Origin: Nibricoccus sp.
GTDB taxonomy: Bacteria > Verrucomicrobiota > Verrucomicrobiia > Opitutales > Opitutaceae
Assembly (NCBI GenBank): GCA_047602425.1
Contig: JASGHG010000001.1
Span: 1,728,001-1,792,000, forward strand
Direction of reading: 5' to 3'
Length of the DNA stretch: 64,000 nt
Part shown: positions 28,664 through 38,428 of the stretch, piece by piece
How positions within the stretch are numbered: position 1 is the first letter of the stretch
How the letters are laid out: each line of letters begins with the position of its first letter
The notes under the pieces: model-generated
Told to the model about the DNA's origin: nothing
What the model saw: the letters and a program-made list of their open reading frames with translations, nothing else
Databases searched by the model: none
Made by a program: the position numbers and the translations under genes

Positions 28664-30274
28664 CTACGTCGCGGTCTCGGTATAACGGCTTTCGCGAATG
28701 ACCGTGACCTTGATCGTGCTGGGGTACTGGAGTTCGCTTTCGATACGCTGACGCAGGGTCTTGGCGATCTCGGCGGCTTTTTCGTCGGTCACATGCTGGG
28801 GGGCAACCACCACGCGGATTTCTCGGCCGGCCTGGATGGCGTAGGCTTGTTGGACGCCTTCGAGGGAGAGCGCGAGTTTTTCGAGACGATCGAGACGTTG
28901 GATGTAGCTCGTCATCGACTCGGCCCGCGCTCCGGGACGAACCGCGGAAATCGTGTCGGCGAGAATGACAAGGCCGGCGTAAACCGTTTCGGGCTTCACT
29001 TCGTCATGATGCGCGGCGACGGCGTTGACGACGATCGGAGTTTCCCCGTGGCGCTTGATGAAGTCGGCGCCGATCATGGCGTGACTGCCCTCGTAATCGC
29101 CTTCGACGCCCTTGCCGATGTCGTGGAGGAGGCCGGCGCGTTTGGCGACGCCGGGGTCGAGGCCCGTTTCGCTCGCGAGCAACGAACAGAGCAGGCCGAC
29201 TTCCACGGAGTGGTCGAGGGCGTTTTGAGTGTAGGCGAAGCGATATTTGAGGCGCCCGAGCAGCTTGATGATTTCGGGGTGGAGGCCGTTGATGCCGAGG
29301 CGTTGCACGGCGTCTTCGCCGGCCTGCACGACATTGGTTTCGACATCGGCGCGGGCGCGGTTGACGAAGTCCTCGATGCTGGCCGGGTGAATGCGTCCGT
29401 CCTTCACAAGGCTTTCCAGCGCAAGCCGGGCGATCTCGCGCCGAACCGGATCAAAGGAGGAAATCAAGACCATCTGCGGCGTTTCGTCGATCAGCAGCGT
29501 CACACCGGTGGTGGATTCGAAGGCCTTGATGTTGCGGCCCTCGCGGCCGATGATGCGGCCCTTCATCTCTTCGCTGGGCAGATGGACGATGGTTGCGGTG
29601 ATGTCGTTGTTGGGCCGGGAAGCCATGCGCTGCATCGTCGTGATGAGGATGCGCTGGGCTTCGCGCTGCAGCTCCTGCTCGGACTTTTCCATCGTCTGGC
29701 GGCGGAGGGCGCGCAGTTCGTCCTGGCACTCGATCATGATCTCATCGCGCAGGGCGCGTTTGATCTCCTCCGCATCCATTTGGGAAACGCCTTCGAGGCG
29801 CGTGCGAAGGCTTTTGGAAAGAGCACGAATGGCGTCGCGGGCCTGCTTGATGGCAACATTCTCGCGCGCGAGCCGCTCCTGTTTTTGCTCCAGCTGGTAG
29901 TCGAGCAGGCTGAGCGATTCCTCATGGGCGCGGATTTCGCGAAGCTTGATGTCGGTTTCGATTTCGCGGCGGTCAAATTCGCGGCCAAGCTCCGCGTAAC
30001 GTTTTTGAATTTCCTCCTCGGCCTTTTGCTTCATTTCCTGCGCGGCGACGGCGGCCTCGCGTTTGCCGACCTCGACGAGGTTCGCGGCGTTTTGAATCGC
30101 GGCGCGACGCATTTGCCGTGTCAAAACCCAAACCACCAAAAAGCCGAAACCTGCGCCCACGACAAGAGCTCCTCCCAAGGACCGCAAAAGCGGATCACCT
30201 TGGGCCATCAGTAACGCAAAGTCGGATGCGTCGGCTACTTTCAAGAGCTGTGGAACGTAGGGCGCACCAAACAA
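28664..30274 (-). CDS. rny: Ribonuclease Y
   Basis: N-terminal TM, coiled coil, KH (MKGRIIGREGRNI), HD (AGLLHDIGK), RPGAR, YAIQAGREIRV; start could be 30208. Confidence 0.95.
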   Translation of the reverse strand: MFGAPYVPQLLKVADASDFALLMAQGDPLLRSLGGALVVGAGFGFLVVWVLTRQMRRAAIQNAANLVEVGKREAAVAAQEMKQKAEEEIQKRYAELGREFDRREIETDIKLREIRAHEESLSLLDYQLEQKQERLARENVAIKQARDAIRALSKSLRTRLEGVSQMDAEEIKRALRDEIMIECQDELRALRRQTMEKSEQELQREAQRILITTMQRMASRPNNDITATIVHLPSEEMKGRIIGREGRNIKAFESTTGVTLLIDETPQMVLISSFDPVRREIARLALESLVKDGRIHPASIEDFVNRARADVETNVVQAGEDAVQRLGINGLHPEIIKLLGRLKYRFAYTQNALDHSVEVGLLCSLLASETGLDPGVAKRAGLLHDIGKGVEGDYEGSHAMIGADFIKRHGETPIVVNAVAAHHDEVKPETVYAGLVILADTISAVRPGARAESMTSYIQRLDRLEKLALSLEGVQQAYAIQAGREIRVVVAPQHVTDEKAAEIAKTLRQRIESELQYPSTIKVTVIRESRYTETAT

Positions 30275-30277
30275 AGT

Positions 30278-32014
30278 TCAATCTTTCTTCGCAGGAGCCG
30301 GGAGGTTGCTTATTTCATCAGCCTTGTTCGCCCGGATGGACGGCCAAACTCCGGCCACAACCTGCTGCATGCGGGCCAGCGCAGCCGGTTCCCCGCCCTC
30401 ACCTACCACACTCTGCACCACAACATAGGCCCAGCGCTCGGCGCGCAAGTGACGCAAACGGCTCAACGCATCGCGCCATTGCATGCCGGCATGCGTGGGC
30501 ACGAGGTCGTTTCCGCTCACAAACCAGTACGCCAGCAACGACCTCACCTTCACGGACGCCCCTCGTGCATCCATGGCGTCGTGTTCGATGCGCAACAAGG
30601 TCGCGGGCAACGCCTCGTCGCCCGCTCTAAATTCATGCCGAACCCGATCGGCAATGCTCCATCCCTGCCCCGCCAGGCAGATTTCCGGGCGGTGAATGGA
30701 GGTGCGATCCTGCCCGCTCAAGACCACCGAGACAAAAACCTGCTGCCATCGATCGGCCAGGGCCACGTAGTTCTTTCGCGAATACCCCGTGTCGGGAGGA
30801 AGTACTTCACGCTCGACCGCCGAAACCACCGCGTCGCGACCCGCCCAATCCGTGCCGATAAAATCAGGCAACTCCACCGGTGCGCCGCCGCCCTCCACCA
30901 AGCGGACGCCCGCAGTCGAAATCTTCGGCCTGCCATCCAGCCACATCGCCCCTGCCGCAACCAAGCCCGCCGCCGCCACAACCACCGGGATGCGCCAAGC
31001 CGCTCCACCGGCCGCCAATGACGGCGATGGAGCTTCCGCTACAGCTATTGTGCTGTCCACAGCCGGGGAAGCATTCGCCGAACCTTCGTCCACCGCCTTC
31101 GCAAAACCCAATCGGCGCAGCAATGCTCCCGTCGCCAACAACAACCCCAGCACCACCAAAAAAACCACCACGCCAGAGCTCTCATGCAGCCTGCTCCCCG
31201 CCGTCGCGCCAAACTTCTCGCCGACCAGCACGAGGAAAAGCACCCGCGCGATGTTGCCCGCCACGACATACGGCAGACACATCACCGCCAGAATCGCCCG
31301 CGCCCACCAGGAGCGAAAGCCCAAGTAGCCCAGCAACAATGCGAGCGCGAGCAACGCCACCAGCGAACGCACGCCCGAGCAGGCCGCCGCCACATCGTAT
31401 TGAAAGCGCCCGTCGGCCGACACCAGTTGTGTGCCGTTGCGCACCAGACCCACGCCGAACCACTTGGCAAGGGCAAAGGCCTGCTCCGAAACCGTCAGAC
31501 GCAGGTTGAAACCCAGCGTATCCAAAAAATTCACCGGCAGCGCGAGCAGCATAAAGCCCAGCGGAAAAATCGCCGCCCGCCCCCAGCGCCGCCCGCCCGC
31601 CAACGTCAGCACACCCAACACGAAAACCAGCAGCCCCACGATCGAAACCCGCGTTTGCTGCATGGCGTAGCCCGCCAGATGGAGCAGCAATCCAGCCAGC
31701 ATCGCAGCCACGGGAGTCCAATTCCCCCCCACGTCCGACGCATTTCCGGACGACACTGTCGCGCCATTCTGGATACGCAAGTTGCGCCAGAACAACCAGC
31801 CCGCGACAAGCAACACCAATGGCCCGTGCTGCAATTCGGCCGCCGGGTCGAACCATTGCACTCCCCACCAATAAAATAGCGAACGCGAATGGATATAGCC
31901 GCGCGTCGCATTGCCCCAGAATTGGAAAACCAGTCCACCCACCACCGTACAAACCAACGCGGATGGCCAAAAACGCGCGAGGGCAAACTGGTTTCTTGCG
32001 GTTTGTGTGTTCAT
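30278..32014 (-). CDS. xrt: Exosortase fused to EpsI-like domain
   Basis: Multi-TM; VAAACSGVRSL, NIARV, LHE (Cys-Arg-His triad); C-terminal RTSIHRPEICL..QGW and AYWFV. Confidence 0.9.
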   Translation of the reverse strand: MNTQTARNQFALARFWPSALVCTVVGGLVFQFWGNATRGYIHSRSLFYWWGVQWFDPAAELQHGPLVLLVAGWLFWRNLRIQNGATVSSGNASDVGGNWTPVAAMLAGLLLHLAGYAMQQTRVSIVGLLVFVLGVLTLAGGRRWGRAAIFPLGFMLLALPVNFLDTLGFNLRLTVSEQAFALAKWFGVGLVRNGTQLVSADGRFQYDVAAACSGVRSLVALLALALLLGYLGFRSWWARAILAVMCLPYVVAGNIARVLFLVLVGEKFGATAGSRLHESSGVVVFLVVLGLLLATGALLRRLGFAKAVDEGSANASPAVDSTIAVAEAPSPSLAAGGAAWRIPVVVAAAGLVAAGAMWLDGRPKISTAGVRLVEGGGAPVELPDFIGTDWAGRDAVVSAVEREVLPPDTGYSRKNYVALADRWQQVFVSVVLSGQDRTSIHRPEICLAGQGWSIADRVRHEFRAGDEALPATLLRIEHDAMDARGASVKVRSLLAYWFVSGNDLVPTHAGMQWRDALSRLRHLRAERWAYVVVQSVVGEGGEPAALARMQQVVAGVWPSIRANKADEISNLPAPAKKD

Positions 32015-32060
32015 GTCCTACGACAGTTGTCTTCAGTGGCAGCTTTTACCCCGCCCTGCA

Positions 32061-33158
32061 ATGAAACTGCTCGTACTCGCCCAAACCCCACCACCTCACC
32101 ACGGCCAAAGCGCGATGATCGGGCTTCTCGTTGAAGAGCTCGGCCGCGCCGGACAGGGTTTTGAGCTGCACCACGTCAATCTCAAGCTGTCCGAAAACAA
32201 TGCCGACGTCGGGCGCTGGCGGGTCGGGAAATTTTTCGCGCTGCTCCGCATTTGCTTCCAGGTGCTCTACACGCGTTGGAAACACGGGCCGATGACGCTC
32301 TACTACGTTCCTGCCCCCGCCAAACGCGGCGCACTTTACCGCGACTGGGTGATCATGGCGCTGTGTCGCTCGTTTTTTCCCAAGCTCATCCTCCATTGGC
32401 ACGCCGTCGGCCTCGGCCATTGGATCGAAAACGCCGCCTCCAACCTCGAACGCAGCCTCACCAAGAAACTCCTCGGCCAGGCCGACCTCTCCATCATCCT
32501 CGCGGAAGAACTCGCCGAGGACGTGATGCCTTTCCTGCCTAAACGCATCGCTATCGTGCAAAATTCGCTCACCGATTCCGGCGTGCTTCCACCCGCCCGC
32601 CATCGCGATCCCGAAGCCCGTTTCGAAATTCTCTACATCGGACTCTGCAGCGAGGAAAAAGGCACCTTCGACACGTTGGAGGCGATGCACATCCTCCACG
32701 CCCACTCGCCCGGCTCCTATCGCTTGACCATCGCCGGTGCCTTCGAAACTCCGGAAGCGGAAAAGAAATTTCTCAAACGCGCCGCCGAACTCCGCTCCGC
32801 TGTGCGCTTCGTCGGCTTCGCCAATCCCGAGGCCAAACTTCAGCTCTTCCAGCAAAGCGACGTCTTTTGCTTTCCCACTTACTACCGGCACGAAGGACAG
32901 CCCCTCGTATTGATCGAAGCGCTCGCGCACGACATTCCGATTGTCACCACCCAATGGCGGGCCATCCCATCGATGCTGCCGCGCAAACACGTGTGGTATG
33001 TCGAACCACGCAAACCCGACCAAATCGCCGAAGCCATCTTCAAGTCCCGCCGCTTCAGCCAACCCGGCGGCGCCCTCCGCGAACACTATCTTTTGAACTA
33101 CACCCCCGCCCAACACGTCGGCGCATTGAAAAAAGCGCTAAACTCTGTCGAGGCCTGA
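32061..33158 (+). CDS. Glycosyltransferase family 4
   Basis: TPPPHHGQ; EEKG; FCFPTYYRHEGQPLVLIEA. Confidence 0.9.
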   Translation: MKLLVLAQTPPPHHGQSAMIGLLVEELGRAGQGFELHHVNLKLSENNADVGRWRVGKFFALLRICFQVLYTRWKHGPMTLYYVPAPAKRGALYRDWVIMALCRSFFPKLILHWHAVGLGHWIENAASNLERSLTKKLLGQADLSIILAEELAEDVMPFLPKRIAIVQNSLTDSGVLPPARHRDPEARFEILYIGLCSEEKGTFDTLEAMHILHAHSPGSYRLTIAGAFETPEAEKKFLKRAAELRSAVRFVGFANPEAKLQLFQQSDVFCFPTYYRHEGQPLVLIEALAHDIPIVTTQWRAIPSMLPRKHVWYVEPRKPDQIAEAIFKSRRFSQPGGALREHYLLNYTPAQHVGALKKALNSVEA

Positions 33159-33168
33159 TAGGTTTCCT

Positions 33169-33291
33169 GGAGGGCGACGCGCTGTCGTCGCCGGTTCGAT
33201 ATCGCAAACCGCACCCGTCATTTCACCTCTCGGCGTCCACCAGAAAAATCACCAACCTCCCAAACCCGGCGACGACAGCGCGTCGCCCTCC
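33169..33291. repeat. REP doublet (REPIN) 1
   Basis: GGAGGGCGACGCGCTGTCGTCGCCGG at 33169-33194 and its exact reverse complement at 33266-33291. Confidence 0.9.
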
Positions 33292-33321
33292 ATCGGAAAC
33301 CGCTTCCGCCACCTTTTGCGC

Positions 33322-33819
33322 ATGATCGATTCTGCATCCAGCACCCCTTCGCCGGACTATCCGGTGCGCAAACGGCCCGCGCATATGCCAGTGGTCGAAA
33401 CGTCGAAACCGATCATCGTCTTTCTCACCATCTGCACCCACAACCGCAAATCCATCCTCGCCTGCGATAAAGTGCATCAACTGCTCCGTGACACGTGGAT
33501 TCGCGCCCACTTTTGGCAGGTTGGTCGATACGTGATCATGCCGAACCACATCCATCTCTTCGCAGCGCCTGCATGCTGGCCGGTGGAGTCGATTCGGAAA
33601 TGGAGTTCATACTGGAAATCTCACGCCAGCCGCCGTTGGCCAAACCAATCCGAACAACCCATCTGGCAAACGGACGGTTGGGATACCCAGCTTCGATCCG
33701 GCGAATCATATAGCGCGAAATGGGAATACGTGCGCAACAACCCCGTCCGTGCAGGTTTGGTCAACGAGGTCGATGACTGGCCCTACCAAGGCGAAATCAA
33801 CCCTCTCTCTTGGCACTGA
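33322..33819 (+). mobile_element. rayT: REP-associated tyrosine transposase (RAYT, Y1 HUH family)
   Basis: FLTICT, YVIMPNHIHL (HUH), IWQ..WD..LR, YVRNNPVRAGLV; REP doublets on both sides. Confidence 0.9.
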
Positions 33820-33836
33820 TTTTGCGACTCTGACCT

Positions 33837-33988
33837 GGAGGGCGACGCGCCGTCGTCGCCGGTTCGACACCGCCAATCCAATCACGTCGCTCCCAACCGC
33901 TCGACCTCGCCCACCGTTCACTCTCACCACGCTTTCTCCACCTAGCCGCCAATCTCCCAAACCCGGCGACGACAGCGCGTCGCCCTCC
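33837..33988. repeat. REP doublet (REPIN) 2
   Basis: Same 26-mer (one loop change) at 33837-33862 and inverted copy at 33963-33988. Confidence 0.9.
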
Positions 33989-34056
33989 AAAGATCCACGA
34001 ACAGGGGAACAGCTGTGGAGTTGCACCGATCGAGCGTCCTCCAATACTAGCGACCG

Positions 34057-35226
34057 ATGCCCTCGCCTGCCCAGCCCAGTCGCCGCCCGAAAATCCTTCA
34101 GTGCGTCACTCATCTGGCTCTCGGCGGCGCGGAACGCGTGGCGCTGACATTGAGCGAGGCGCTCCGTAACGAATTCGATTTCGAAATTTTCGCAGTGCGC
34201 GGTTTGGGCGATGGAAAACTTGGCCAGGATCTCGCGCGTGATGTCGTTCACAGCGGCATTCCGCTCCACTGCGGGAAGCGAGTGCCGATGAAATTCGGCG
34301 GCGTCATCACCAGCGGTTTTGGTTTGGGCCGTGTGGTTCGCCAGGCGAAGCCTGATCTCATTCATCTGCACACCGAAATTCCCGAAGCAGCCTACGCTGC
34401 GTTGATCACCTGCCAGCCGGGCTTACGCAGAATTCCACTTGTACGGACGATTCATAACACCGTCTTTTGGGCTTTCTGGCCCCGTATGGGTCGCTGGGCG
34501 GATCGAAAGATGACCAAAACCTACGCCGCCGGCGTCTCCCCTAGTGCTGGCGCCGCCCTGCTCGCTTTGCGCCAAAAATCCGGGGCCGCCCCGCTCCCTC
34601 AGCCACCCGTCACCATCTACAATGGTGTGCCAGAACCAAAAAGTTCCTTGCGCAAACCACGCAAGGAAGACCAGCCCGTGCGAATCGTCTTCGGCGGTCG
34701 CTTCGAGGACCAAAAAGGCACCGATCTTCTGCCGGACATCCTCGCAAAAGCACCAGCCCCGGCGCCCGGCGCGCATCTGACGCTTTTCGGAAGCGGGGCG
34801 CATGAACCGCTTCTTCGGAAACTTGCACAACAGCCGCCCGCTGGCTGGACGATCGAACTCCGCGCACCGATCCCTGATTTCGCACAGCGTCTTGGCGATT
34901 ATGACTTGGTTTTAATGCCTTCGCGTTACGAAGGGCTCGGCTTAATCGCAGTGGAAGCGTTTCTCGCCGGCACACCTGTCATTGGCACAGACGCCGCCGG
35001 TTTTCGCGAGGCCTTTCCGAGCGATTATCCGTGGCTTGCACAGGCCGGCGACACCCTGAGCTTCGCGCGCCTGCTCAAGGCCGCCCTGGCCGAACCCGAG
35101 AAATGGCCTAAGCTCGCCGAAAGTGGTAACGCTCTCGCCAAAACAAAATTCGCAGTCTCGACCATGGCGGACGGCTACCGCTCGCTCTACCATCAGGCCC
35201 TCGCCAGCCGCCCATGCCAAGGATGA
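34057..35226 (+). CDS. Glycosyltransferase family 4
   Basis: GGAERV; TIYNGV; GRFEDQKG; LMPSRYEGLGLIAVEA. Confidence 0.9.
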   Translation: MPSPAQPSRRPKILQCVTHLALGGAERVALTLSEALRNEFDFEIFAVRGLGDGKLGQDLARDVVHSGIPLHCGKRVPMKFGGVITSGFGLGRVVRQAKPDLIHLHTEIPEAAYAALITCQPGLRRIPLVRTIHNTVFWAFWPRMGRWADRKMTKTYAAGVSPSAGAALLALRQKSGAAPLPQPPVTIYNGVPEPKSSLRKPRKEDQPVRIVFGGRFEDQKGTDLLPDILAKAPAPAPGAHLTLFGSGAHEPLLRKLAQQPPAGWTIELRAPIPDFAQRLGDYDLVLMPSRYEGLGLIAVEAFLAGTPVIGTDAAGFREAFPSDYPWLAQAGDTLSFARLLKAALAEPEKWPKLAESGNALAKTKFAVSTMADGYRSLYHQALASRPCQG

Positions 35227-35240
35227 TAAAATCAATAAAA

Positions 35241-35357
35241 CTGGAGCCGGTTCGACTCCGCAAACTCCACCGCACCATTTCCCACCGTTCGCTACCCCCA
35301 AACTTGCATCCCCATCCTTCGATCCCCAAACCCGGCGACGACAGCGCGTCGCCCTCC
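35241..35357. repeat. REP doublet (REPIN) 3, left copy lacking its hairpin
   Basis: Intact inverted REP at 35332-35357; left end reads CTGGAG|CCGGTTCGA, missing the 18-nt core. Confidence 0.8.
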
Positions 35358-35400
35358 ACCCAAGCTCTCTAATGCACGAGGATTAATCTCCGCCTAACCG

Positions 35401-36645
35401 ATGCCGTTTACCACCGCCAATTTTCGCGACCGCTTGCTGCCGATCACGCTCGGCCAGATCGTCGGACTGCTTTGCGGCCTCGGTGGCGTAAAGATGGCAT
35501 CGCGCTTCGTCTCGCCCGCGGACTACGGCGCATATGGAGTTTTTCTTTCCTTCACTCCGCTTGGCATGTGGGTCGTACATGCCGGTCTCATCAAATTCGT
35601 CGCACGCCACTGGGCTGGTTCACCCAATCGTGGAGCGCTCCTCCGGGAGGTCATTGAAGCCAGTTTTAAAAAGCTCCCCTGGCTCGCCCTTGCCACCCTC
35701 GGCGCCGCGCTGGCCATGAATGCCACTGGATTCATAAAAATCTGGCCGGCACTATTCATCTCCGCCTCGCTCCTCAGTATTGGTTTGCTGGCTCAGACTG
35801 CACTTCAAGCTGAGCGGTCACACTGGACGGATTTCGGGATCAGCACCGTCGGCTCGCTTTCGCGCAGTTTTCTTCCGCCACTGCTCTACGTGGCCGCCGG
35901 CAGTAGCTTGGGTTTTTTGGAAACCGGTTTTTGCGCGCATACCGTGCTTTTTGCCTCCGGCTTCCTGTATTTATGGAGCCGATACAAATCGACTGGCACA
36001 TCGGACGGCAGCCGGCAGCTCAGCACTGTTTATGCCGGGCAGCTCTTCGTGATGCTCTCACTGGCTGGCTGGCTGTTGACGGCGGTAAACCGCTGGATTG
36101 TGGCCGGGTTCTTCGGTCAGGAAAAGGCCGGATATTTCACGCTCGCGGGCAATCTCACGCAAATCGCCACCAGCATGTTCAGTCTAGTGGTTGTGCAATA
36201 TTTCCAACCCGGACTCTTCGCGATGTATGGCGAGCAATCTGAACAACGTCGTCTGCTGGCTCGACGCCTCGATCTTATTGCCGCCGGCTTTTGCCTTTGT
36301 TCGCTCGCCGGTGTCGTCGCGCTGCATTTGATCGCACCGTGGCTCGTCGGTCCGCTGATCAATGAAAAATATCGCCCTGCGCTCGGTGCAATTATGCCGG
36401 CCGGTTTCTTCAGCGTGGCCATTCTCACCGCTCAGTTCTACCATACATTGCTGTTGGCCGGACGGCGTGAGCGCGCCTGCGGCCCCGTCGACGTTACCAA
36501 TGCGCTCCTGCTCACGGCCGGAGGCTTGATCGGCGCGATATTCGGAGAACGCTACTTTTTCGACTGGCTCCTGATCAGCCCACTCCTTCCCTGGCTCGTC
36601 ACACGCCAGCTCGCACGGAGGTACTACAACCAACAACAGGACTAA
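35401..36645 (+). CDS. Wzx-like polysaccharide flippase
   Basis: Many TM segments; SPADYGAYG and LTAVNRWIVAGFFGQEKAGYFTLA match the MATE/Wzx pattern; follows GT genes. Confidence 0.7.
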   Translation: MPFTTANFRDRLLPITLGQIVGLLCGLGGVKMASRFVSPADYGAYGVFLSFTPLGMWVVHAGLIKFVARHWAGSPNRGALLREVIEASFKKLPWLALATLGAALAMNATGFIKIWPALFISASLLSIGLLAQTALQAERSHWTDFGISTVGSLSRSFLPPLLYVAAGSSLGFLETGFCAHTVLFASGFLYLWSRYKSTGTSDGSRQLSTVYAGQLFVMLSLAGWLLTAVNRWIVAGFFGQEKAGYFTLAGNLTQIATSMFSLVVVQYFQPGLFAMYGEQSEQRRLLARRLDLIAAGFCLCSLAGVVALHLIAPWLVGPLINEKYRPALGAIMPAGFFSVAILTAQFYHTLLLAGRRERACGPVDVTNALLLTAGGLIGAIFGERYFFDWLLISPLLPWLVTRQLARRYYNQQQD

Positions 36646-36650
36646 CCGAT

Positions 36651-38219
36651 TTAGTGCCGCTCCCGCTGTGGCATTTCGCCGTTGGTCGGGACGACTTGCG
36701 TGGCCGCCATGGTTTTACGGTGAAAATCCCGACGCATGTACATGATCAAAGCAGCCGGTAATGCGAAAATCTGCGCCCAAACTCCAGCATCACCGTGCAA
36801 ACAATAGTGAAACAACACGACCGAGAACCACTGCGCACAGATAAGTAAACAGACGCGGTCGAATGTATTCCATTCCAACTGATTTTTAATCCTAACCATC
36901 CGAACTACGTCGATGGCCATCTTTGACACAAAAAAAACAAAACTCCCTGTACAAATAAAACCTATGATGCCGGTTTTCAAAATAGACCCTAATAAACCAT
37001 TGTAGAAATATCCGTTAATATACTGCTGCCAAATACCACTATAAGCCGCATCCGAAGGCAGGACATCAAAACGCTCCATGCCAAAGCCTCTACCTACTAA
37101 AGCATACTTCGGAATATCGTTCACAGCCAATTTTAAAACCTCTATGCGATCATTAAGCGTATCAGCCGCATTATCTCTCGATAACGGATCGACCGATATC
37201 CCAGGCAAAAAAGATATCGCGCGTTGCATGGATAAAGGCATGTATTCCGCCGTTGCATAAAGCACTCCCAACCCTGCAACCAGACAAAGTCCCGCAACGA
37301 TCAAGCGTGCTGAGTTCCAATATCGTTGAAAGATGGAAAGGAATACGATGGTCGTCACCGTTTGGACAAATACGGTCCTATGCCCGCTCGACAACGCCAA
37401 CGATGCGGACCCTACCATCAGGGGAACTCCAAACCAAACACCTCGTCCTAAAAGGACGTATAATGGTCGCCATGCCAGCACCGCTGACATTATCGCCGTA
37501 CCGACATACCAAAACGATTGGTATCGACGGAGACCTGTTACTTCATACCCAAGTTCGAAGTTAATCGCATCTGTTGGAATCTCGAAGAAATAGAGAATCC
37601 GCTGCATTCCTCCGCTTAAACTAAAGGAGAAGTCGGATACCAGATAGGTTAGAGACATTACCCATCCCAAATATACTGCGCCGACAACCTGCCGCTCCTT
37701 GAGGTTAGCGATGATCAGCAACAAAGGCACAATAGCCAAAACCATCTGTTGGGTGTAAAAACGTCCGCCCATTTGCTGACCACCCAGAACGCGAAAACCC
37801 ACTCCGCGAAACAGCATCAACATTATGAGTACCGCCACAAACCCTATCATTGCAATTAGCGCCCTCCGCTCCAACCGGTCAAATTTCAAGTCCGACAGCT
37901 TCTGCCGGTTCACCAAAAAATAAACCAGCAAACTCGGCCATGCGAGCAGCGCGCACAGCTCCCACCAGAACGGGCGGCCGGGAAAAAAGGGGACGATCAA
38001 TGCCGCGGGTTGCAGGGCAATCACCAGCCAGGCCAGCGCCTTCGCGTTGATTGCCAGCGTGCCGACGTAGAGCAGTCCGGCGAAGCCCGCAAAAACCAAG
38101 TAGGGCGAATCCGCCATCGTCACACCGGCCCAAACTGCAAAGAGACACGCCAGAATCGCGATCGTCAGACGACGAACCCCGAGTCCTTCGGCTCCGGGAA
38201 ATAATGGGCGGGGTGGCAT
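36651..38219 (-). CDS. O-antigen ligase / Wzy polymerase family membrane protein
   Basis: Multi-TM; LSSGHR, R...LVGRGFG, YNGLLGSILKTGIIG pattern typical of Wzy_C proteins. Confidence 0.7.
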   Translation of the reverse strand: MPPRPLFPGAEGLGVRRLTIAILACLFAVWAGVTMADSPYLVFAGFAGLLYVGTLAINAKALAWLVIALQPAALIVPFFPGRPFWWELCALLAWPSLLVYFLVNRQKLSDLKFDRLERRALIAMIGFVAVLIMLMLFRGVGFRVLGGQQMGGRFYTQQMVLAIVPLLLIIANLKERQVVGAVYLGWVMSLTYLVSDFSFSLSGGMQRILYFFEIPTDAINFELGYEVTGLRRYQSFWYVGTAIMSAVLAWRPLYVLLGRGVWFGVPLMVGSASLALSSGHRTVFVQTVTTIVFLSIFQRYWNSARLIVAGLCLVAGLGVLYATAEYMPLSMQRAISFLPGISVDPLSRDNAADTLNDRIEVLKLAVNDIPKYALVGRGFGMERFDVLPSDAAYSGIWQQYINGYFYNGLLGSILKTGIIGFICTGSFVFFVSKMAIDVVRMVRIKNQLEWNTFDRVCLLICAQWFSVVLFHYCLHGDAGVWAQIFALPAALIMYMRRDFHRKTMAATQVVPTNGEMPQRERH

Positions 38220-38428
38220 GGGTTGAGCTATTAGCCAGCATCGCTTCGGCGCAATCGCGAAGTGCAATCCGCACGCCGCGCTCGGTCGTCGTTCTCATTT
38301 TCAACTGGTACTCGGCGTGGAAGGCAGCCATCAAAGGCCGCCGGAGGGACGGTCTGCCATTCGCGTCGAGCTGGGCAGTTTTTATTTCACGGTTCGCACC
38401 ATAACTCCGTTCGTCGGTCTGTGATGCC

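Noticed and set aside
28793..30214. 473-aa plus-strand ORF
   Set aside because: Antisense shadow of rny, expected in GC-rich DNA.
35247..35262. tRNA T-loop-like GGTTCGACTCC
   Set aside because: Only a 3-bp stem and no cloverleaf; it is the shared REPIN spacer start.
33169..35357. REP copies as CRISPR repeats or IS terminal inverted repeats
   Set aside because: They form alternating inverted pairs, one pair is a gene away, and the enzyme is HUH/Y1 rather than Cas or DDE.
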